Source: Trichlorobacter lovleyi SZ | GTDB taxonomy: Bacteria; Desulfobacterota; Desulfuromonadia; Geobacterales; Pseudopelobacteraceae | Assembly: GCF_000020385.1 (NCBI RefSeq) | Contig: NC_010814.1 | Span: 3,750,001-3,782,000 of the forward strand | Length of the DNA stretch: 32,000 nucleotides | Direction: 5' to 3' | Made by a program: the position numbers and the translations under genes | Notes under the pieces: generated by a model | The model's database searches: none | What the model was told of the DNA's origin: nothing | Seen by the model: the letters and a program-made list of their open reading frames with translations, nothing else | Shown: one piece after another, positions 26,026 through 32,000 of the stretch | Layout: the number at the start of each line of letters is the position of its first letter | Numbering within the stretch: position 1 is the stretch's first letter

Positions 26026-27077
26026 AAAAGCACTCAAAGACCACTCCAAGCCAGGTAGCACCTGAGGTAATGCCGCTGCTTGCCGATTTACGCCGATTGA
26101 TCGATGATGCCCGGCGCTCAGCAGCGGTGGCGGTCAACGCTGAACTGACGCTGATGTATTGGCGCATTGGCAAACGCATCCACGACGATGTGCTTCAAGG
26201 CGAACGGGCCGGTTACGGTAATCAGATTGTCGCCACACTGTCACGACAATTGAGCCTTGAGTACGGACGCAGCTTTAGTGAAAAGAACCTGCGTCATATG
26301 ATGCGGTTTGCCGAGTCGTTTCCCTCTGAGGAAATTGTCTCGACACTGTCGAGACAATTGGCATGGAGTCATTTTCTCGAGCTGATCTACTTGAAAGATC
26401 CTCTGGCACGGGAATTTTACGCGAACATGTGTACTGTGGAGCGTTGGAGTGTACGTACCCTGCGTGACAGGATCGGTTCACTGCTTTTTGAACGTACCGC
26501 CTTGTCACGCAAGCCTGAAGAGTTGATCCGACATGAACTTGCTGCTCTGCATGCCTCGGATGTCATCTCGACCGGCATGGTGCTGAAAGACCCGTACCTG
26601 CTCGATTTCCTTGAGTTGCAGGATCGCTATCTGGAAAAAGACCTGGAAGACGCCATTTTGCGGGAGCTGGAAAATTTCCTGCTGGAGCTAGGCGCCGGTT
26701 TTTCTTTTGTGGCGCGACAAAAGCGGATTCAGTTGGATAACGATGACTTTTACATAGATTTGCTCTTCTACAACCGCAAGTTGCGGCGTCTGGTGGCCAT
26801 TGACCTGAAACTGGACGATTTTCGCGCTGAATTCAAAGGGCAAATGGAACTGTATCTGCGCTGGCTGGCCAAGTACGATCAGGAGCCCGGTGACTTGCCG
26901 CCGCTTGGAATAATTTTGTGCAGTGGCAAAAAACATGAACAGGTTGAGTTACTTGAGCTGGACAAGGCTGGCATCCATGTTGCCGAATATCTGACTGTGT
27001 TGCCGCCGCGCGAACTGTTCCAAAAAAAGCTTCATGAAGCTATGATTCAGGCACGAGCACGTTTAGACCAAGGATAG
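26022..27077 (+). CDS. DUF1016 / YhcG-type PDDEXK nuclease family protein
   Basis: The N-terminal region (LLADLRRLIDDARRSAAVAVNAELTLMYWRIGKRI...GYGNQIVATLSRQL...FSEKNLRHMMRFAESFP) is typical of the YhcG family. The C-terminal nuclease core is GFSFVARQKRIQLDNDDFYIDLLFYNRKLRRLVAIDLKLDDF, with D...(D/E)-x-K as IDLK. The ATG overlaps the hsdS stop (ATGA). Confidence 0.85.
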   Translation: MKKHSKTTPSQVAPEVMPLLADLRRLIDDARRSAAVAVNAELTLMYWRIGKRIHDDVLQGERAGYGNQIVATLSRQLSLEYGRSFSEKNLRHMMRFAESFPSEEIVSTLSRQLAWSHFLELIYLKDPLAREFYANMCTVERWSVRTLRDRIGSLLFERTALSRKPEELIRHELAALHASDVISTGMVLKDPYLLDFLELQDRYLEKDLEDAILRELENFLLELGAGFSFVARQKRIQLDNDDFYIDLLFYNRKLRRLVAIDLKLDDFRAEFKGQMELYLRWLAKYDQEPGDLPPLGIILCSGKKHEQVELLELDKAGIHVAEYLTVLPPRELFQKKLHEAMIQARARLDQG

Positions 27078-27090
27078 TACGTCTGCCTAG

Positions 27091-27164
27091 CTCCTGTGGT
27101 AACGCTTTTTACCACAGGAGTACTAACGAATAACCACAGGAGCTTCGATCTGTTACCACAGGAG
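27091..27164. promoter_or_regulatory. Candidate operator/iteron array: perfect 12-bp palindrome arms plus phased direct copies of T(T/A)ACCACAGGAG upstream of hsdM
   Basis: CTCCTGTGGTAA (27091-27102), cgcttt, TTACCACAGGAG (27109-27120). Further copies are TAACCACAGGAG (27131-27142) and TTACCACAGGAG (27153-27164). Direct copies start exactly 22 bp apart. The last copy ends 25 nt before the hsdM ATG. Confidence 0.5.
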
Positions 27165-27189
27165 CTCAACAACGATAAAGGATTGACTC

Positions 27190-28650
27190 ATGACCACCTC
27201 CGCCCTGATCCAGAAAGTCTGGAACTTCTGCCATACCCTGCGCGATGATGGCGTCAGCTATGGCGACTATCTGGAACAACTCACCTACCTGCTATTTCTG
27301 AAAATGGCGGACGAGTACGCCCAGGAACCGTATAACCGGGATACCCATATCCCCAAGGGGCATGACTGGGCTTCCTTGCGTGGTAAATCCGGTGAACCGC
27401 TGGAGGCACACTATCTGGCTATTCTCCACAAACTGGGCACTGGTCCCGGCATGCTGGGGGCAATCTTCTTCAAGGCACAGAACAAGATCCAGGACCCGGC
27501 TAAACTGGCCCGTCTGGTACAGATGATTGATGCCGAGAAGTGGGTCGGCATGGACACCGACACCAAGGGTGACCTGTACGAAGGGCTGTTGCAGAAAAAC
27601 GCGGAAGACACCAAGAGCGGCGCTGGCCAGTACTTCACCCCCCGGCACCTGATTGACGCCATGGTGGCCTGTATCAGGCCGGAACCGCTAAAGACCATTG
27701 CTGATCCTGCCTGCGGCACCGGCGGTTTTTTTCTTGGTGCCCACAAGTGGCTTACCCGGCCAGGGAGCAGTCTCGACAAAAAACAGAAGGAGTTTTTGCG
27801 CCACAAGACCTTTCACGGCAATGAGATTGTACCCAACACCCGCCGTCTCTGCTTGATGAACCTGTTTCTGCACAATATCGGCGAACTGGATGGTGAGCCG
27901 AACGTTGACCGTTCCGATGCCCTGATTGCAGAGCCCAAACAACGCTTTGACTACGTGCTGGCCAATCCGCCCTTTGGCAAGAAAAGCAGCATGACCTTCA
28001 CCAACGAAGAAGGGGAAGAGGACAAGGACGCCCTGACCTACGAGCGCCAGGATTTCTGGGAAACCACCTCCAACAAACAGCTTAACTTCCTGCAGCATAT
28101 CGCCTCAATGCTCAAAGAAACCGGCAAGGCAGCCGTGGTTCTGCCCGACAACGTCCTTTTTGAAGGGGGCGCTGGCGAAAAGATCCGCAAGAAACTGCTG
28201 GAAAACTGCGATGTTCACACGGTTCTGCGCCTGCCCACTGGTATCTTCTACGCCCAGGGGGTCAAGGCGAATGTGGTGTTTTTCGACGCCAGGCCGAAGG
28301 ACGGGAAGATACAGACCAAGGGTGTCTGGTTTTATGACCTGCGCACTAACAAGCATTTCACCCTGAAAACCAGAACACTGAAAGAGGAAGATCTAAAAGA
28401 GTTCATAACCTGTTACAACCCGGAGAATCGCCATGAACGCACGGAAGCTGAACGCTTCAAGTATTTCTCCTATGATGAACTGATTGCCCGCGACAAGGCC
28501 AGCCTGGATATCTTCTGGCTAAAGGATGACAGCCTTGATAATCTGGACGAACTACCTGCGCCTGATGTCCTGGCGCAGGAGATTATTGATCATCTGGAAG
28601 CGGCGTTGAATTCTTTCAGGGATGTGGCGGCAGGGTTGGCTGTCAAATAA
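27190..28650 (+). CDS. hsdM: Type I restriction enzyme methyltransferase subunit (HsdM), N6-adenine
   Basis: It has an HsdM N-terminal domain (IQKVWNFCHTLRDDGVSYGDYLEQLTYLLFLKM), a SAM motif I (DPACGTGGFF) and the catalytic motif IV (NPPFG). Confidence 0.95.
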   Translation: MTTSALIQKVWNFCHTLRDDGVSYGDYLEQLTYLLFLKMADEYAQEPYNRDTHIPKGHDWASLRGKSGEPLEAHYLAILHKLGTGPGMLGAIFFKAQNKIQDPAKLARLVQMIDAEKWVGMDTDTKGDLYEGLLQKNAEDTKSGAGQYFTPRHLIDAMVACIRPEPLKTIADPACGTGGFFLGAHKWLTRPGSSLDKKQKEFLRHKTFHGNEIVPNTRRLCLMNLFLHNIGELDGEPNVDRSDALIAEPKQRFDYVLANPPFGKKSSMTFTNEEGEEDKDALTYERQDFWETTSNKQLNFLQHIASMLKETGKAAVVLPDNVLFEGGAGEKIRKKLLENCDVHTVLRLPTGIFYAQGVKANVVFFDARPKDGKIQTKGVWFYDLRTNKHFTLKTRTLKEEDLKEFITCYNPENRHERTEAERFKYFSYDELIARDKASLDIFWLKDDSLDNLDELPAPDVLAQEIIDHLEAALNSFRDVAAGLAVK

Positions 28651-28689
28651 CGCCTTGATGTGTTTCATGAATAGATTGGAGGCGTTACG

Positions 28690-28917
28690 GTGACAGCAGG
28701 CGATCCTTTACACGGCATCACCCTGGAAACAATACTGAAGACGCTGGTTAAGCAGATCGGCTGGACTGCAATGGGCAAGGCTGTTGAGATCCGCTGCTTT
28801 ACCCATGACCCGGACATCAAATCCAGCCTTACCTTTCTGCGCCGTACCCCCTGGGCCAGAGCCAAGGTCGAAGAACTGTATCTTCGACAGAAAGCGACAA
28901 CCTGTGAAAAACATTGA
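28690..28917 (+). CDS. VF530-like (DUF2132) small putative DNA-binding protein
   Basis: The GTG start has a GGAGG RBS 7 nt upstream. DPLHGITLETILKTLVKQIGWTAMGKAVEIRCFTHDPDIKSSLTFLRRTPWARAKVEELYL matches my recollection of the DUF2132 pattern (LHG.TL..IL..L...YGW..L...I.I.CF...PS..SSLKFLRKTPWAR.KVE..Y). Confidence 0.7.
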   Translation: MTAGDPLHGITLETILKTLVKQIGWTAMGKAVEIRCFTHDPDIKSSLTFLRRTPWARAKVEELYLRQKATTCEKH

Positions 28918-30214
28918 CGTATCTTTTGACTCCCTTGGCCTGCGCCCCGAACTGCTGAGCGCCATTACCAGCCTGGGGTATACCTCCCCCACCCCGATTC
29001 AGGCCGAGGCGATTCCGGTGATTTTTGAGGGGTGCGACCTGCTTGCCGGAGCCCAGACCGGCACCGGCAAGACCGCGGCCTTTGCCCTGCCGATCGTCCA
29101 GATGCTGGCAGAAACCACCCCCGCAGAGAAGCGCAGAAAGCCACGTGCCCTGGTGCTGGTGCCCACCCGTGAGCTGGCCGCCCAGGTCAGCGACGAGATG
29201 AACCGCTATGCCCGCCGTCTGTCACTGCGTTCAACCATGATCTATGGTGGCGTAACCATCCAGGCCCAGATTGAACGGCTGCACCGTGGTGTTGATATTG
29301 TGGTGGCAACGCCGGGACGGCTGCTGGATCATGCAGAACGGGGCACAATTGACCTGTCGCGGATCAAGTTTCTGGTGCTGGATGAGGCAGACCGGATGCT
29401 GGATCTGGGCTTTATCGATGAGATCAAAAAGGTGGCAGAGTACCTGCCTGCAAAGCATCAGGCATTGCTGTTTTCGGCCACCTATTCACAAAATATCAAA
29501 CAGTTGGCTGATCAGCTGCTGGATCAACCCAAACGGGTTGAGGTGGCTCGCCGTACCCTGACCGCTGAGGCCGTGACCCAGGCGGTGTATCAGGTGGAGC
29601 GCAGCCGTAAACGGGAGATGCTGTCGTTTCTGATCCGTAAAAACGGCTGGAATCAGGTGCTGGTCTTTACCCGTACCCGCTACGGCGCAGACAAACTGAC
29701 TGAAGAACTGCTGTTTGACGGGATCAAGGCGGCTGCCATCCACAGCAACAAGAGCCAGTCGATCCGCACCCGTACCCTGGCGGAATTCAAACAGGGCGCT
29801 TTCCGGGTGCTGGTGGCAACCGACGTGGCTGCCCGCGGACTGGATATTGAACGGCTGCCCCATGTGGTCAACTATGACCTGCCCCAGGTGCCTGAAGATT
29901 ATGTGCACCGGATCGGCCGCACCGGCCGTGCCGGAGAAGAGGGGATCGCCATCTCGCTGGTGAGCCAGGAAGAACAGATCCTGCTGGCTGCCATCGAAAA
30001 GCTGGTCAAGCAGAGCATCCCGCGCCAAAGCCTTGCAGAATTTCCTCAGTATGCGGTCAGGCGGACCGTAAAGGCAAAGGAAGGTAAGCTGGCTAAAGAG
30101 CAGGCCAAACCAAAGAAGACAGAAGTTAAAGCTGCAACCCCCAAGCGGAAGAAGGTGGTGCCGGAGCGTCCTGCCCCCAAGACCGGCCGCCGGGGACAGC
30201 GGTCAGGCAGATAA
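28904..30214 (+). CDS. rhlE: DEAD-box ATP-dependent RNA helicase (RhlE-like) with basic C-terminal tail
   Basis: Q motif (FDSLGL...GYTSPTPIQ), motif I AQTGTGKT, motif II VLDEADRM, motif III SAT and motif VI HRIGRTGRAG are all present. The GTG at 28904 lies 6 codons before SFDSLGL, as at the E. coli RhlE N-terminus. The track start at 28784 is a 5' extension running through the VF530 gene. Confidence 0.9.
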   Translation: MKNIDVSFDSLGLRPELLSAITSLGYTSPTPIQAEAIPVIFEGCDLLAGAQTGTGKTAAFALPIVQMLAETTPAEKRRKPRALVLVPTRELAAQVSDEMNRYARRLSLRSTMIYGGVTIQAQIERLHRGVDIVVATPGRLLDHAERGTIDLSRIKFLVLDEADRMLDLGFIDEIKKVAEYLPAKHQALLFSATYSQNIKQLADQLLDQPKRVEVARRTLTAEAVTQAVYQVERSRKREMLSFLIRKNGWNQVLVFTRTRYGADKLTEELLFDGIKAAAIHSNKSQSIRTRTLAEFKQGAFRVLVATDVAARGLDIERLPHVVNYDLPQVPEDYVHRIGRTGRAGEEGIAISLVSQEEQILLAAIEKLVKQSIPRQSLAEFPQYAVRRTVKAKEGKLAKEQAKPKKTEVKAATPKRKKVVPERPAPKTGRRGQRSGR

Positions 30215-30405
30215 AAGGATCAACCTCTGCAGATACTCCAGCCGGGGAGCAGCTGTTCAGACAGCGCTGCAGCAGCGATCACTTTTTGCTCAAACGGAAA
30301 AAACAGCCCCCGGCCTGCCCCTGCTGGATCTAACTGCTTGCGTAATCAAAAAATTGTGGTACCTCTATATGCCTCACAGCAGCCCGGCATACCCAGGCTG
30401 TATGT

Positions 30406-32000
30406 ATGGTGAATCACAACTCCGAGCATGACAGGTTTGGTATGGCAGATACCGGCAACGTCCCCCGTTTTCCCCGATCAGCGGTTCCCGCCCCCCACCC
30501 CCAAAGCGGTTTCTGTTACCGGTACATCCCTTTCCTGGTGCTTCTGGTAACGCTCTTCCTCTCGTACCAGACCTGGAAAAACACCCGGCTGCTGACTCAG
30601 CAGGAACTGCAGTTAAACTTCGATCACCACACCAAAGCGGCCTATGACAACATCATACGGCGAATGGCCGCCTATGAGCAGGTATTGCGCGGTGTACAAG
30701 GCTTTTTTGAAGCATCCCGCTCGGTGAGCAAACATGAATTTGCCATGTATATAACCACGTTGCGTCTTGAAGAAAGTTATCCGGGCATTCAGGGGATCGG
30801 CTTTGCGCCACAGCTCCGGCATGACCGGAAGGCCGCCCATATCGCAGCCATGCGAGCTGAAGGGTTCCATTCCTATACCCTCTGGCCGGTCGGTACCCGC
30901 CGGCAATATGCGCCGGTCATTTATCTTGAGCCGACCAACGAACGGAACCGGAAGGTCTTCGGGTACGATCTGCTGTCTGAATCCTCCCGGCGAGAGGCAC
31001 TCGAACGGGCGCGTGACAACGGAACCGCCGCCCTGACCGCCAAACTGCAACTGGTGCAGGAGGGCAGCCGGAACCCCCAGCCCGGCTGCATCATGTACCT
31101 GCCTGTCTACCGGCACGGGTCGGCACACAGATCGATTGAACAACGGCGTGCTGAGCTGGCGGGATGGGTCTCGGCGCCTTTCCGGATGAATGATCTGATG
31201 GTTGGTATTCTTGGCCCACAGAACGATACGCTTGATATTGAGATTTATGACGGCAACGAGATTTCGGACAAGGCCTTGCTGTACGATAATGACACCGCCC
31301 GCCATACCAGCGGCCCGGCCCCCCGTTTTCAATCCCGGCGCTCAATCGAGATTGGCGGACGTCAATGGACCATGATTACCAGCTCCATGCCCGGCTTTGA
31401 AAAAACGGTCCATAAGCGTGAACTGACGCTGGTTGCCGTAGCGAGTATCGGAGGCAGTCTCCTGCTCAGCCTGATTACCTGGTTGCTGGTATCAGCCCGC
31501 AGCAATGCACTCAGGGCAGCCTACAATGCACGCTTAACCGCCCACGCCCTTCAAGAGGCAGAGAAACTGGCTCAAATCGGCCATTTTGACTATGATCCCC
31601 GCAGCGATAAGACTTACTGGTCAGAAGGGCTGGAGCGTATCTGGGGGCTTGAGCCGGGCAATCATTATCGTCAGTTCAAAGAATTTCTTGCAACCGTACA
31701 CCCTGACGACCTGCAGATCATCCTTGACTCTGATGCCGACAAAAGCTGGCATGAAACCAACAATGAGTACCGCATCATCCGCGCTGACGGAGAAATCAGG
31801 CACATCTATTCCTACGGGTACCGGGAATCTGCCCCGGACGGCACCATCACCCGCGTTTTCGGTATCAATCAGGATATCACCGAGCGCAAACGGGCTGAAG
31901 AAGCGATCATCCGTTCACGGGATTACTATCTCCAACTGCTTGAAAACTTTCCGTCACTGATCTGGCGGGCCGGACTTGACGGCAAATGCGATTATTTCAA
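30406..32000 (+). CDS. CHASE-domain sensor protein with TM helices and PAS domain(s); 3' end runs off the window (alternative start 30442)
   Basis: Own translation, open from the TAA at 30343 to the window end, so absent from the track. It has a TM helix (YIPFLVLLVTLFLSY). The CHASE pattern is SYPGIQGIGFAP...WPVGTRRQYAPVIYLEPTNERNRKVFGYDLLSESSRREALERARDNG...YLPVY. A second TM helix (LTLVAVASIGGSLLLSLITWLLV) is followed by a PAS domain (GHFDYDP...YWSEGLERIWG...EYRIIRADGEIRHI...GINQDITERKRAEE). Confidence 0.85.
   Translation, partial: MVNHNSEHDRFGMADTGNVPRFPRSAVPAPHPQSGFCYRYIPFLVLLVTLFLSYQTWKNTRLLTQQELQLNFDHHTKAAYDNIIRRMAAYEQVLRGVQGFFEASRSVSKHEFAMYITTLRLEESYPGIQGIGFAPQLRHDRKAAHIAAMRAEGFHSYTLWPVGTRRQYAPVIYLEPTNERNRKVFGYDLLSESSRREALERARDNGTAALTAKLQLVQEGSRNPQPGCIMYLPVYRHGSAHRSIEQRRAELAGWVSAPFRMNDLMVGILGPQNDTLDIEIYDGNEISDKALLYDNDTARHTSGPAPRFQSRRSIEIGGRQWTMITSSMPGFEKTVHKRELTLVAVASIGGSLLLSLITWLLVSARSNALRAAYNARLTAHALQEAEKLAQIGHFDYDPRSDKTYWSEGLERIWGLEPGNHYRQFKEFLATVHPDDLQIILDSDADKSWHETNNEYRIIRADGEIRHIYSYGYRESAPDGTITRVFGINQDITERKRAEEAIIRSRDYYLQLLENFPSLIWRAGLDGKCDYF

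Noticed and set aside
28784-28903. 5' extension of the DEAD-box helicase ORF (track start 28784)
   Set aside because: It runs through the VF530-like gene in another frame and adds a non-homologous P-rich leader. The GTG at 28904 gives an N-terminus matching RhlE-type helicases (…SFDSLGL…).
30613-31332. 239-aa minus-strand ORF
   Set aside because: It lies antisense to the CHASE-domain region of the open plus-strand sensor gene (30406 to the window end). The plus-strand frame has clear CHASE/TM/PAS features.

Overview
The window is about 32 kb of almost fully coding chromosomal DNA. Gene content and order look like a Geobacter/Desulfuromonadales-type deltaproteobacterium; that is inference from synteny and motifs, with no search run.

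There are three zones.

(1) Left edge, 1-1901. This is a visibly AT-richer end of an integrated element. It carries a Gp49-like RelE/ParE toxin gene (partial, minus strand, not in the supplied ORF track) and a P4-type tyrosine integrase. It abuts smc, and no tRNA gene is visible.

(2) Housekeeping block, 1902-21015:
- smc, a roadblock/LC7 protein and ftsY
- zapB, zapA, a candidate 6S RNA gap and 5-formyl-THF cyclo-ligase
- rny, a ymdB-like gene and tyrS
- a secreted collagen-like protein on the minus strand
- an RlmI-like methyltransferase
- cydD, cydC, a 4-TM holin-family protein and a mini release-factor (GGQ) protein, all chained by 4-nt overlaps
- two small minus-strand ORFs, one of which is a stand-alone FliG-middle-domain look-alike
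- an ABC-F ATPase

(3) Accessory/defence zone, 21066-30214. This is a Type I restriction-modification locus in the unusual order hsdR - hsdS - hsdM, interrupted twice.
- A GIY-YIG nuclease gene sits in a cassette of palindromic repeats exactly at the hsdR/hsdS junction. It is bracketed by a 24-bp duplication of the hsdR 3' end.
- A DUF1016/YhcG-type PDDEXK nuclease gene lies between hsdS and hsdM.
- A 12-bp box is repeated with 22-bp phasing upstream of hsdM.
- A VF530-like small DNA-binding protein overlaps a DEAD-box helicase downstream.

The window ends inside a CHASE-PAS sensor gene, which is also absent from the ORF track because it has no stop in the window. No rRNA, tRNA or CRISPR array was seen. 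All family names come from motif recognition by eye and none was confirmed by a search.
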